Shown here: positions 29,239-39,662 of the stretch, piece after piece | Numbering within the stretch: position 1 is the stretch's first letter | Layout: each line of letters opens with the position of its first letter | NCBI GenBank assembly: GCA_947626505.1 | Contig: CANQSN010000004.1 | Span: forward strand, 3,980-67,979 | Direction: 5' to 3' | DNA from: an uncultured Lachnospiraceae bacterium | Lineage (GTDB): Bacteria > Bacillota > Clostridia > Lachnospirales > Lachnospiraceae | Length of the DNA stretch: 64,000 nucleotides | The notes under the pieces: model-generated | What the model was told of the DNA's origin: nothing | What the model saw: the letters and a program-made list of their open reading frames with translations, nothing else | Database searches by the model: none | Translations under genes and position numbers: made by a program

Positions 29239-31290
29239 ATGAGAGGTAAGTATAAGAAACGAATGAAGCGTGCATTGGCAATCCTGCTGACAGCAGCTAT
29301 CGTTCTGCAGACAGGATTTAGCCCTGTCGCCAGTGCTGCTACAAGCAGTCAGACGACAGAAGCAGGCAGTAATACTGCAAAAAACAGCAGTAGGGAAGAG
29401 TTAAGTACAGATACAAATGTTGTACAGAAAAATAATGCTTTGGAGGATGCTAAACAGGCTTCCCAAGCTTCTGACTTATCGGAAGAAACAGGTGTAGAGC
29501 TTTCCAAGAAAGAGTTCTCTACCAGTTTTAAGGTAATAAATCAATGGGATAATCAGTTTCAGGGGGAAATTACGATTACCAATACCTCTGAAAAAACAAT
29601 CAAAAACTGGAATGTTACCTGTAATTTCAAACATGAGATTACAGAAGTATGGAATGCTTTTGTGTATGATCACAAGGGAGATATCTACCAGTTCAAAAAT
29701 GCAGAATGGAATGCTGACATTGCCCCAGGTGCAAGTGTGTCATTTTCCTTCACAGCAAATTGGAATAATGATACTATTGGCAATCCATCTAAATTTGAAT
29801 TGAGTTCTGAGAAAATCACTCTGGATGGTGATAATTATAAAGCAGAATTTTCTGTTACATCAGATTGGGGAGATGGGTACACTGGTTCCATCACGATTAC
29901 AAACGATACAGATAAGGAAATTCGTGACTGGGTACTTAGTTTTGATTTCGACTATGATATTGATACTGTTTGGAATGCCAGCATTATCGAGCACAATGAG
30001 AATCATTATGTAATTCAGAATACAGGTTATAATGGGAATCTGAAGAAAGGCGAGAAGATAGAAATTGGATTTCAGGGAAAGCCAGGTAATATTCAGAATG
30101 GACCTTATAATTATGAATTACTATCTTATGAAGATTTAAGGCTGGAGTTGGATGCTCCTAAACTGGTTTTAAACGGAACAGGGGAATATCCTGTTCTTAG
30201 CTGGAACAGAGTAGATGGTGCTACAACTTATACCCTTCAGAGGAAGAATGGAGCAAGTGGGAAATATACGGTTCTTGCCACAGATCTTACCGCTAAGACA
30301 TATACAGATATGACTACAAGTGAAAAAGGTGAATACTATTATGTGGTAACCGCAGACAATAAATTTACCAAAAGTCCGTTGTCTAATGAGGAATGTTACC
30401 GCAATATTGCAAAAACACCAACCCTATTTGGAAAGATTGAGAATGATGCTGCAAAACTTATATGGGATGAAACTCTGGGAGCAAGAAGTTATACTCTTTA
30501 CCGCAGTACTAAGAGTGGCGGACCTTATTATGTGATAGCAGATAAGTTACTAAAGACGGAATATGTAGATGAGGATATGAATCCAGATGAAATCTACTAT
30601 TATGTTGTGGTAGCTGTCAATGAGAGAGGAAACAGTGACAATTCCAATGAAATCAAGTTAGGTATCAATGAGGAGAAAGAATATACCTTTGAGGCAGATC
30701 AAGACGATGATGGGGACGGTCTTACAAACAGCGAAGAACTTTTGTATGGTACAGATGTTTTTTCCAAGGATACAGATAATGATGGTCTCAGTGATGCAGA
30801 AGAAGTCCGCCTTGGCACAAATCCATTAGAACCGGACACCGATGGAGATGGTATTTATGATGGTGCAGAGGTTCTTTTAGGGCTGGATCCGTTAACAAAA
30901 GACGAAATGGGAGAGTATCAGACCGAGCAAAAGTCAGATTCTGGCAGGGCAGAGGTCAATATTAGCGGGGACAGTAACCTTGTACTTGCTCCGGTTGGTG
31001 TAAATGATTCCGATAATGTACTGATAAATTCTTTAGAGGGCATCGTTGGAAATGCGGTAGATGTTACAACTGGTGGATTTCCATTTAAAGATGGAAAAAT
31101 CATCTTCAATTATACGGACGAAGAGTTGGAAGAGCTTGGCATCGGTGAGGATGACTTAAGTGTATATAAGGTAAATTATGATACCAAAGAATTAGAAAAA
31201 CTGACAGAAGTAATTATGACAAGGAAAAGAATACACTGGTTGGAGTGTTTGCAGATGGTGGAACCTATCTGCTTGGATATTCCAAGATGA
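29239..31290 (+). CDS. N-terminal part of giant Rhs protein: signal peptide, 2x CBM2, 2x FnIII, Ca-binding DxDxDG repeats (frameshift near 31212)
   Basis: KKRMKRALAILL...VASAA; two repeats of W..GF/Y.G.ITITN...W...I..VWNA; YYYVV.A.N; DTDNDGLSDAEE. Confidence 0.82.
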   Translation: MRGKYKKRMKRALAILLTAAIVLQTGFSPVASAATSSQTTEAGSNTAKNSSREELSTDTNVVQKNNALEDAKQASQASDLSEETGVELSKKEFSTSFKVINQWDNQFQGEITITNTSEKTIKNWNVTCNFKHEITEVWNAFVYDHKGDIYQFKNAEWNADIAPGASVSFSFTANWNNDTIGNPSKFELSSEKITLDGDNYKAEFSVTSDWGDGYTGSITITNDTDKEIRDWVLSFDFDYDIDTVWNASIIEHNENHYVIQNTGYNGNLKKGEKIEIGFQGKPGNIQNGPYNYELLSYEDLRLELDAPKLVLNGTGEYPVLSWNRVDGATTYTLQRKNGASGKYTVLATDLTAKTYTDMTTSEKGEYYYVVTADNKFTKSPLSNEECYRNIAKTPTLFGKIENDAAKLIWDETLGARSYTLYRSTKSGGPYYVIADKLLKTEYVDEDMNPDEIYYYVVVAVNERGNSDNSNEIKLGINEEKEYTFEADQDDDGDGLTNSEELLYGTDVFSKDTDNDGLSDAEEVRLGTNPLEPDTDGDGIYDGAEVLLGLDPLTKDEMGEYQTEQKSDSGRAEVNISGDSNLVLAPVGVNDSDNVLINSLEGIVGNAVDVTTGGFPFKDGKIIFNYTDEELEELGIGEDDLSVYKVNYDTKELEKLTEVIMTRKRIHWLECLQMVEPICLDIPR

Positions 31291-34200
31291 GTATCGATTT
31301 GAGTAACGTGGATATTGTATTCTCCATTGACCAGTCTGGCAGCATGAGTTGGAATGATCCAGATTATTATAGGATTCTTGCGACAAAGAATTTTTTGAAA
31401 AACTTAAAAGAGGATTCCTATCGTGCGGGAATTTTGGCATTTACAGGTAGTTCCTCTGTAAAATGTAAGATAACGAAGGATAAGTCACTGTTAAATAAAA
31501 CACTGGATGGCATGCGTACTTGCGGAGGTGGGACAGACCTTTATTGTGCAATTGCTGATGCTGTCGATATGTTCAAGGATAATTCCAGGAGAAAGGTTAT
31601 TGTCCTTTTGACAGATGGTGATGGCGGTAATCCGATACCAAAGGCAACTGACAAGTGTGTTAAGAATAATGTTGTAGTAAATACCGTTGCATTAGGCAGC
31701 GATGCGAATACCAATATTTTGGAGAAGATTGCAACCTATACAAAGGGTGGATACTTCTATATCAACAATTCCCGTTCCATGACACAGGAAGATGTGGAGA
31801 AACAGATTGATTTAATTTATGAGAAGATTTCCAAGCAGCTTACCTTAAGTGAAGTGGCAGAGGATGAAGATTTGCCGGAAAGCAAGATGAATCTGGAATT
31901 CTCAGATTTATATAGTGGTATTGATAGTAAAGAAGCGCAAGAGTGGATGACTACGGCATCTACAAATCTTCTGACTGGAAATTATGTATATGATGAAACA
32001 GATATTGCCTTAGAAGGACCAGGCAACAATCTTTCATTCACCAGAACTTATAATTCTCTTTCTGCAAACGAAAGTTCTATCCTTGGAAAGGGCTATCATA
32101 CGAATCTGGATATGAAAGTGGAAAAGAAAGAGTCCAGTTCCGGGAATGATATACAGGTTGGTAAGGTAGATGTCAGCCGATTAAATGTCAGAGAGGATGC
32201 TGGAGCGGACAAAAAGATTATCGGCGGACTTTCCAGAGGAAAAACGGTAAAAGTACTGGGGACTAAAGAGGTCTCAGGAAAAATATGGTATAAGATAAAA
32301 TACAAGAACAAAGATGCTTATATTGCCAGTTGGTACATTGATGGCAATGGTGGATATGAGGTGTCTTTTGCTTCTGGTACAAAAATTTTCTTTACAGAAA
32401 ATAGTGATGAATCCATTCGTGCGAATAACAGTACAGATGCTGAATTTTCAAAAATATCAGGTGGCTACCGGGTTAAAAATGCGGATCTGTCGAAAATAGA
32501 ATTTAATAAAGATGGAAAACTGACAGGAATGTTTGACCGATATGGCAATAAAATTTCTGTGACCTATTCCGATGGAAAAATTAGCAAACTGACAGATGCC
32601 GTGGGACGGTATTTGAAATTTACCTATAACGGAAAAGGTTTATTGGAAAAAGTAGTGGACAGTGCAGATCGCAGTGTCAGCTATTCCTACAATGACAAAA
32701 AGCAGCTTACCAGTGTAACAGATGTATTAGGAAATAGTACAACCTTTGAATATCATAAAGATTCCGGCATGCTTTCTGCCGTAAATGACCCATTAAAGCA
32801 TCAGGTTGTGCGTAATGATTATGATGCTCTTGGCAGAATTGTCCGTCAGTATGATGGTGATAACATCATTCAGTATTTTATCTATGATGATGAGATTGAT
32901 AAAAAATCAGAAGGTGTCAGTGCCAGATATATGATTAACGGAAATGGTAAAGAGAGTAAAACCACTTTCAGCCAGGATTTAAAACCGGTAATCGAAAGAG
33001 ATGCATTAGGTGGACAGACACAGTATAAATATGAGTATTACAATGAAGACAGTGATAAGTGGATCAATATCACCACCAAAAGAGATGGAGATGCAACTTG
33101 GGATACCTATGAAGATTATCGCCGGAACCACAAAGTTGCCATGCGTGAAACGGCAACGGATAAAAATAAACACAAGACGGTAACGGAATATAACAAACAT
33201 GGGAATCCAGTCAGTGTTACCGATGCCAAAGACAATACTGCTACTATGAAATACGATACCTATGGCAATCTTATTTCTGAAACGGACAAGGCTGGAAATA
33301 AAACTACATATTCCTATGATGATAATGGCATTAAACTCATGGAGGAGAAAGATGCCTTAGGGAATGTGACAAAATACAAATATTATGCTACAGATGATGA
33401 TATTAAGATTAAAGGACTTATCAAGACCGAGACAGACCAGCGTGGAGCGGTAACTACTTATTACTATACCACTTCCCATAATAATTGTAAAAAAATTCAA
33501 GATGCCTTGGGAAATGTGACGAAAGCATCCTATGATCATGTAGGAAGAAAAATAACAGAAACAGATGCTTTGGGAAATGTAACGGGATATACATATGACG
33601 AGGCAGGTCAGCTTACAAAGACGACAGATGCCCTTGGGAATACGGAAAAGTATTCCTATGATGCGGTAGGAAATAAAACATCGGAGACAGATAAGAAAGG
33701 AAATGAAACGAAATACAAGTATGATGCTAAGAATCAGCTTGTGAAGGTTACGGATGCACTTGGCAATACAACCGAGTATACCTATGACCATGTGGGTAAT
33801 GTCTTAAAAGAGATTACGCCTAAAGGAACTACCCGTTATGAATATGATGCCATTAATCAGAAGATAGAAGAGAAGAATGAATTAAAGGAAAAGACTATCT
33901 ATGATTATGACAAAAATGGTAATCTGACCAGTGTAACGGATGCCTTAGGTCGTGTTACAAGCTATACCTATAATTCCCTGAATCAGAAAACGGCACAGAA
34001 AGCACCACTGGGACAGACAACGAAATACCAGTATGATGCCCTTGGAAATGTTATTACAGAAACAGATGCCCTTGGAAATAGTGTAACAACCAAGTATGAC
34101 GCATTGGGAAGAGTGATTCAGACAAGTGATAAAAACGGGAATAAAACTTCTACGGTTTACGATGATAAGAAAGGTACCGTTACAGTAACAGCAGCGGATG

Positions 34201-37200
34201 GCAGCGTGACAAAAACGGAACTGGATCTTCTGTCCAGAGAAATTAAAGTTACGGATGCTCTGGGTAATATTACACAGAAACAGTATGATGGCAATGGTAA
34301 TCTGATCCGAGAAACCGATGCCTTAGGCCGTGTGACGGAATGTCAGTATGACGAATTAAACCGACAAGTCTCCATGAACTTGAAATATAGGGAAAATGGG
34401 GAAACAAAGAACTGCATTACAAGCTATGCGTATGATAAAAATGGCAATAAGAAGAAAGAGACCAATGCGAAAGGTCAGGTCTCTAAATGGAATTATGATG
34501 CGTTAAACCGTGTTGTAAAAGAAATCAATGCAGAAAATGGAGAACAGAGCTATACCTATGATGAGGTTGGCAATGTCATCAAAGCAGTGGATGCCCTTGG
34601 ACGCACAGTATCCAAAAAATATGACGCCCTCTCCAGAGTAACAGAAGAAACCGATGCCTTGGGAGCAACAACAAGCTATACCTATGATAAAGCCGGCAAT
34701 GTCATTGTCAAGAAAGATGCTAAGGGAAATCAGACCAGGTATTCCTATGATGATCTTGACCGGAATACTGTCATAACCGATGCAAATGATAATAAAGAGG
34801 TAATGGAATACGATGCGGTTGGTAATAATACAGCGAAACAGGATCGTAATGGAAATATCACCAGATACAGTTATGACAAAAATGGACAGCTGATCAAGAC
34901 TACAGACCCATATGATAAGAGCATATCGTATGAATATGATTCTATGGGAAGACAGATTAAGATTACAGATGCTAAAGGAGGGGAAAGTTCTACCGGATAT
35001 GATAAGCTGGGAAGAAAAATATCTTCTACAGACCAGGCAGGCAATACGACAAAGTATCAGTATGATGCGATTGGCAATTTAGTCAAAGAAACAGACCGTA
35101 ACGGTAAGGTAACCAGTTACAGTTATGATGATTTTGACCAGTTGGTGAAAGTAACGGATGCGGAGTCCAATGAAACGACATATCGCTATGATCTGGCAGG
35201 AAATCTGCTGAAACAGACAGATGGAGAAGGCAGGACGGTCTCTTACTATTATGACAGCATGAACCGTAAAGTTTCCATGGAAGATGGTGTCGGAAAGGAA
35301 GAAACCTACAGCTATGACAAGGCATCTAATCTGATTACCAAAACAGACCGCAATGGTATCGTTACGAAATACACTTATGATGCCTGCAACCGGCTTCTGA
35401 CGGAGAAAGCAGGAAAGATTACTTATCAGTACAGCTATGATAAGCTTGGAAACATGCTTACCATGGCAGATAATACTGGAACAACAAAGTATAGTTATGA
35501 TGCATTGTCCAGAATGGTAAAAATGGTAACATCCCATAATCAGACGGTCGGCTATACTTATGATGCGGTAGGTAATCGTCTCACCGTACAATCTGGTGTA
35601 AATCAGGTTATAAAGTACAGTTATGATAAGATGAACCGCATCAACAAAGTAGAATATAATGGTCAGAATACTCAGTATGACTATGATGCCAACGGCAACC
35701 AGATCAAAATGATTCATTCCAATGGCATGAAATCAAGCTATACCTTTGATGGAAGAAACCTACTGACAGGAATTATCAATACGAATCCTGACGGAACGAA
35801 TAAGAAGTATTATTATAATTATGATTCGGAGGGACTGCTGACAGAAAAGCAGGAACCAAAGGGGACAAGCACTTACAGCTATAATGGTGATAAACAGCTT
35901 GTCAGTATGACGGAGCCATCCGGCAGGGTAAGCAGCTATACTTATGATAAAGCCGGAAACCGTAAAGGGCAGAAGGTACAGGATGGCAGTGATGTAACAG
36001 AAATCAGTTATACTTATAACAGCCAGAACCGTCTGACAGCCACAGTCGAAAAGAAGGCAGATACAACGGTATCCACAGCTTATAACTACGATGCCAACGG
36101 CAACCAGACCAGTGTTGTGGCAAAGGACAGTGCAGCAGGAACAACCAGGACGGATACTTATGTTTATGATGAGTTGAACCAGCTGACACATATCAGCGGC
36201 AGCGATGGAAGCCAGTCGGATTATACTTACTATGCAACCGGGCTTCGTGCCTCCAAAAATGTCAACGGAAATACGGCGGTATTCACCTATGATGGCAAAC
36301 GGCTTCTGACGGAACGGACGGGTGGCGAAACGAGAACCAACATTTACGGCACAAACCTGATTGCCACGGACGGGGCAGATGTGCTATACTACCAGTATAA
36401 CAGCCACGGTGACGTTGTCAGTGTCCTGGACCAGGCAGGAACTGTTAAGAACGAATACGACTATGATGCCTTTGGTAACGCTATCACAGAGAAGGAAACG
36501 GTTTCTAATCCTTATCGTTATGCTGGTTATTATCAGGATTCCGAAAGCGGACTGTACTATCTGCAGAGCCGATACTATAATCCTAGAACTGCAAGATTCC
36601 TGACTGAGGATACAGCTTCTGGTAAGTATACCGATCCGCTGAGCCTGAACAAGTATACCTACTGCCATAACCAGCCAGTGACGGGGTATGACCCGGATGG
36701 GCATTTCCTGCATATCGCAGTCGGTGCAGTAATTGGTGCTGTTGTTGGCGGTGCTATGTCCGCATACTCTCAGTATAAGAGTTATAAGAGCGGCAATGGT
36801 TTTAATGCGAAGGCAGTTATTGGAGGTGCTGTAGAGGGTGCTGTTGTTGGCGGCGTTGGTGCGGCAACGGCTGGAGCAAGCCTGGGAGTTACAGTGGCAG
36901 CCGGAGCTGCAGCAGGGGCAGTCGGCAACACAGCTAATCAGTTAATATCTACTGGAAAGGTAAATGCAAAACAGGTAGTAGTTTCCGCTGTGGGTGGTGC
37001 AGCGGGAAGTGCAGGGGCGAAACTTGCCGGAGCAGCTGTTAGTGCCGGAAGTAAAGCGGCATCTCAGGCTATTAGTAAAGTTGCTGGTAATGCAGGAAAA
37101 CAGGCAGCAGCAAAAGCAGGAAGCAGTGTATTGGGGAAAACCATTGCAGCATCGGCCAAAGGTGGTATAACTGGTGCTTCAGCGGGTGCATCTGCTGATT

Positions 37201-37796
37201 TGGCAATGCAGATTGCTAAAGATAAAAAGCATGACATAAGGAATGTTAATTGGAAAGAAGTCGGTGGGAGTGCATTGCTCGGTGGTGGCCTTGGTGTAGG
37301 AATGGGGGCAGCTTCCCAGACAAAGTTTGGACAAAAGGTCAGTGCTTCCCAGGCAGAGTGGGATAAAAAGCTTAACGCTGGTATTGATAAACTTAAGAGT
37401 GGATTTAAGGATTTCATGGCAGATAATCGGGGCAGCGTAAGTCTTGAGTTTATGTATGGAAAAAAACTAGCTACCAAGTTGACCGATAAGAGTGGTAGTT
37501 CATCTTTTGCAGATATGATGTCTTCAGAAGAAGCAGCTAGATATGAAGCTTATTGGAAAAGAAATGCTCCTGATTATAATACTCCAAATTCAAAAATAAC
37601 GCATTATAAAGAACATAATGGCGTAATTGAAAAATCAACAGTAGTGTATGATGATTTTGGAAGACAGAAGTGGAGAATTGATTATAATAATCATGGTTAT
37701 AGTGACCATTCAATTCCGCATTTGCATGAGCGAGATTATAGTCCGGGATATGATCCTATGAAAGGAAAGGAAACACGATATGATATATGGAATTAA
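31212..37796 (+). CDS. C-terminal part of giant Rhs toxin: VWA, SH3b, YD repeats, Rhs core, Gly/Ala-rich linker, His-rich toxin tip
   Basis: IDQSGSM/GGT/LLTDG MIDAS; LNVR...WYKI.Y...AYIAS; many TDALGN..Y.YD repeats; PYRYAGYY...LYYLQSRYYNP...DPDG. Confidence 0.9.
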   Translation, partial: NYDKEKNTLVGVFADGGTYLLGYSKMSIDLSNVDIVFSIDQSGSMSWNDPDYYRILATKNFLKNLKEDSYRAGILAFTGSSSVKCKITKDKSLLNKTLDGMRTCGGGTDLYCAIADAVDMFKDNSRRKVIVLLTDGDGGNPIPKATDKCVKNNVVVNTVALGSDANTNILEKIATYTKGGYFYINNSRSMTQEDVEKQIDLIYEKISKQLTLSEVAEDEDLPESKMNLEFSDLYSGIDSKEAQEWMTTASTNLLTGNYVYDETDIALEGPGNNLSFTRTYNSLSANESSILGKGYHTNLDMKVEKKESSSGNDIQVGKVDVSRLNVREDAGADKKIIGGLSRGKTVKVLGTKEVSGKIWYKIKYKNKDAYIASWYIDGNGGYEVSFASGTKIFFTENSDESIRANNSTDAEFSKISGGYRVKNADLSKIEFNKDGKLTGMFDRYGNKISVTYSDGKISKLTDAVGRYLKFTYNGKGLLEKVVDSADRSVSYSYNDKKQLTSVTDVLGNSTTFEYHKDSGMLSAVNDPLKHQVVRNDYDALGRIVRQYDGDNIIQYFIYDDEIDKKSEGVSARYMINGNGKESKTTFSQDLKPVIERDALGGQTQYKYEYYNEDSDKWINITTKRDGDATWDTYEDYRRNHKVAMRETATDKNKHKTVTEYNKHGNPVSVTDAKDNTATMKYDTYGNLISETDKAGNKTTYSYDDNGIKLMEEKDALGNVTKYKYYATDDDIKIKGLIKTETDQRGAVTTYYYTTSHNNCKKIQDALGNVTKASYDHVGRKITETDALGNVTGYTYDEAGQLTKTTDALGNTEKYSYDAVGNKTSETDKKGNETKYKYDAKNQLVKVTDALGNTTEYTYDHVGNVLKEITPKGTTRYEYDAINQKIEEKNELKEKTIYDYDKNGNLTSVTDALGRVTSYTYNSLNQKTAQKAPLGQTTKYQYDALGNVITETDALGNSVTTKYDALGRVIQTSDKNGNKTSTVYDDKKGTVTVTAADGSVTKTELDLLSREIKVTDALGNITQKQYDGNGNLIRETDALGRVTECQYDELNRQVSMNLKYRENGETKNCITSYAYDKNGNKKKETNAKGQVSKWNYDALNRVVKEINAENGEQSYTYDEVGNVIKAVDALGRTVSKKYDALSRVTEETDALGATTSYTYDKAGNVIVKKDAKGNQTRYSYDDLDRNTVITDANDNKEVMEYDAVGNNTAKQDRNGNITRYSYDKNGQLIKTTDPYDKSISYEYDSMGRQIKITDAKGGESSTGYDKLGRKISSTDQAGNTTKYQYDAIGNLVKETDRNGKVTSYSYDDFDQLVKVTDAESNETTYRYDLAGNLLKQTDGEGRTVSYYYDSMNRKVSMEDGVGKEETYSYDKASNLITKTDRNGIVTKYTYDACNRLLTEKAGKITYQYSYDKLGNMLTMADNTGTTKYSYDALSRMVKMVTSHNQTVGYTYDAVGNRLTVQSGVNQVIKYSYDKMNRINKVEYNGQNTQYDYDANGNQIKMIHSNGMKSSYTFDGRNLLTGIINTNPDGTNKKYYYNYDSEGLLTEKQEPKGTSTYSYNGDKQLVSMTEPSGRVSSYTYDKAGNRKGQKVQDGSDVTEISYTYNSQNRLTATVEKKADTTVSTAYNYDANGNQTSVVAKDSAAGTTRTDTYVYDELNQLTHISGSDGSQSDYTYYATGLRASKNVNGNTAVFTYDGKRLLTERTGGETRTNIYGTNLIATDGADVLYYQYNSHGDVVSVLDQAGTVKNEYDYDAFGNAITEKETVSNPYRYAGYYQDSESGLYYLQSRYYNPRTARFLTEDTASGKYTDPLSLNKYTYCHNQPVTGYDPDGHFLHIAVGAVIGAVVGGAMSAYSQYKSYKSGNGFNAKAVIGGAVEGAVVGGVGAATAGASLGVTVAAGAAAGAVGNTANQLISTGKVNAKQVVVSAVGGAAGSAGAKLAGAAVSAGSKAASQAISKVAGNAGKQAAAKAGSSVLGKTIAASAKGGITGASAGASADLAMQIAKDKKHDIRNVNWKEVGGSALLGGGLGVGMGAASQTKFGQKVSASQAEWDKKLNAGIDKLKSGFKDFMADNRGSVSLEFMYGKKLATKLTDKSGSSSFADMMSSEEAARYEAYWKRNAPDYNTPNSKITHYKEHNGVIEKSTVVYDDFGRQKWRIDYNNHGYSDHSIPHLHERDYSPGYDPMKGKETRYDIWN

Positions 37797-38172
37797 TAAT
37801 TGCGAAGATGTTTATGGAATGGAAAAAGTAATTAAAATAAATCCACAATTTTCATGGAATGATGTAAGATATATCGAAAGGATGGATTATTATATAGATT
37901 TAGACGAATATGCGGAACAAGTATCAAATCTAAAAATACTTTTTCTCATTGAATTGCCAGATAAGGCAACTCATAAGTTATTGGTAAAATTTAATGCAAT
38001 TAATAATCTTCATATTAATAATATTGGAGGAAAGTATAATCAAATAATGGGATTTGAAATCGTGGATCAATTAACAGCAGGATGGGAGTTTGAGCAAAGA
38101 TATGTTGTGAGGGATTATGAGAATGAAACTATAAAATTTTATTGTAAATCTATTGAAATTATGTCTGTATAA
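37780..38172 (+). CDS. Probable cognate immunity protein
   Basis: Small AT-rich ORF overlapping the toxin stop codon. Confidence 0.65.
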   Translation: MIYGINNCEDVYGMEKVIKINPQFSWNDVRYIERMDYYIDLDEYAEQVSNLKILFLIELPDKATHKLLVKFNAINNLHINNIGGKYNQIMGFEIVDQLTAGWEFEQRYVVRDYENETIKFYCKSIEIMSV

Positions 38173-38323
38173 TTTTTCTATTAAATTTGATTTTGTTGTA
38201 TTGGGTGAAATAGAAAAAATTAGAGGAACATGGTTTTATAGATTGGAAGAATGTAGGCTGAATTTAGCAGGAAGAGCGAATTTTTGTGTTATATACACGG
38301 GATACGCTCTTTTTGCAACGAGA

Positions 38324-38377
38324 TACAGTTATAATGGTGATAAACAGCTTGTCAGTATGACGAAGACATCTGGCAGG
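38324..38377 (+). repeat. 54-bp copy of Rhs core sequence 35874-35927
   Basis: tacag(t/c)tataatggtgataaacagcttgtcagtatgacg...ggcagg. Confidence 0.85.
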
Positions 38378-38404
38378 ATACTAGCTAGCAATGGAGGCAA
38401 AAGC

Positions 38405-38836
38405 ATGTTTAATTATACAAGTCGTAAGAAGGAAGAGGGGATTTGTGACGCGGATATTGAAGATTTGTTGATTCGTTCCGTGCATTCAGATAAAAATGCT
38501 ATAGATTTTTTTGAAAAAAATAAGAGTAATGAAATTTTGTTTTTAAAATTATTAGACATTGTCGGAGCAAGCGAATCTGGGGATGCTCGTATGGAGGGAG
38601 CATACTGGATATCACAATTTGACAATGATTTAATAAAACAGTACGAAGAGCGGCTGTTAAATTTTATGGATGATGATTGGGATTCCGTGGTAATACATAT
38701 CATGATGGCATTATCAAGAATTAAGTCATCAAAAGCATTTATAAAAATAATTAATGAAAGAATCAAGCCACAGACACCATGGGAAATTAAGGCGTTGATG
38801 AATTATATTGAGATAGATGGAAAGGATAGGAAATAA
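38405..38836 (+). CDS. Alpha-helical (HEAT-like) putative orphan immunity protein
   Basis: RBS ggagg before ATG 38405; helical pattern LLNFMDDDWDSVVIHIMMAL. Confidence 0.55.
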   Translation: MFNYTSRKKEEGICDADIEDLLIRSVHSDKNAIDFFEKNKSNEILFLKLLDIVGASESGDARMEGAYWISQFDNDLIKQYEERLLNFMDDDWDSVVIHIMMALSRIKSSKAFIKIINERIKPQTPWEIKALMNYIEIDGKDRK

Positions 38837-39388
38837 ATGTCGAATGAGATAAGAGCAGTATATTCGAAAAATACAATTCGTATTTATCAAGCATATGATA
38901 AAAATATTGCAGAGGAAGCAGTTATAAGAGGAACTTTTGGCGATAGATTTAAAATGACTAGAATGTCATGGATAAAACCATCTTTTCTTTGGATGATGTA
39001 TCGTTGTGGTTGGGCTACAAAGCAAAATCAGGAAAATGTGTTAGCAATAGATATTAAAAGAAATGCTTTTGACTATATTGTTCAAAATGCAGTGCCATCG
39101 CATTATTATCCAGAAATTGGGATGAGTTTGGATGAATGGAAAGAACTTGTAAAAAAGTCCGATATAAGATGTCAGTGGGATCCAGAAAGAGATGTATTTG
39201 GGAATCCGTTAGAATACCGTTCTATACAATTAGGTCTTAGAGGAAAGGCATTATATCATTATGTAAATGACTGGATTGTGCATATTGAAAATATTACTCA
39301 ATATGTTAATGATTTAAAGGGTAAAAGAGATATGGGAATTGATATTAGTCCGTATATACCTCAAGAGAAAATCTATATTGTTAATTGA
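38837..39388 (+). CDS. DUF4291 family protein
   Basis: IRAVY...IRIYQAY, RMSWIKPSFLWMMYR.GW, QWDPER, RSIQLGL. Confidence 0.8.
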   Translation: MSNEIRAVYSKNTIRIYQAYDKNIAEEAVIRGTFGDRFKMTRMSWIKPSFLWMMYRCGWATKQNQENVLAIDIKRNAFDYIVQNAVPSHYYPEIGMSLDEWKELVKKSDIRCQWDPERDVFGNPLEYRSIQLGLRGKALYHYVNDWIVHIENITQYVNDLKGKRDMGIDISPYIPQEKIYIVN

Positions 39389-39575
39389 AAAAGGTATAGA
39401 TGTTAACTCTCAGGATAAATTTGGCAGAACATCTTTAATGGTGGCAATAATACATCATCGAAATAATAAAGAAATGATTTCATATCTTATTAATAATGGT
39501 GCGGATACAAATATTGAGACCACTGCAGGAGTAAGTATCAAAGAACTTGCTAATAGAAATGGAATTGATTTATAA
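39339..39575 (+). pseudogene. C-terminal remnant of an ankyrin-repeat protein
   Basis: LLIEKGIDVNSQDKFGRTSLMVA...YLINNGAD; no proper start, overlaps the DUF4291 end. Confidence 0.65.
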
Positions 39576-39662
39576 TTTCTTAAATGATATTGTAATCAAT
39601 GTCATTTAGTTGGTGTTGTTACTTTTCACAGGGTGGGAGAATAGGATTCGGGACACTTGTGA

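Noticed and set aside
33200-36500. Recurrent gatgcc(c/t)t(t/a)gg words as a possible CRISPR or tandem array
   Set aside because: They are in-frame codons for the TDALG YD repeats of the Rhs protein; no constant repeat-spacer unit and no cas genes.
38153-38404. N-terminal extension of ORF 38153-38836
   Set aside because: It runs through an Rhs scar; the RBS supports a start at 38405.
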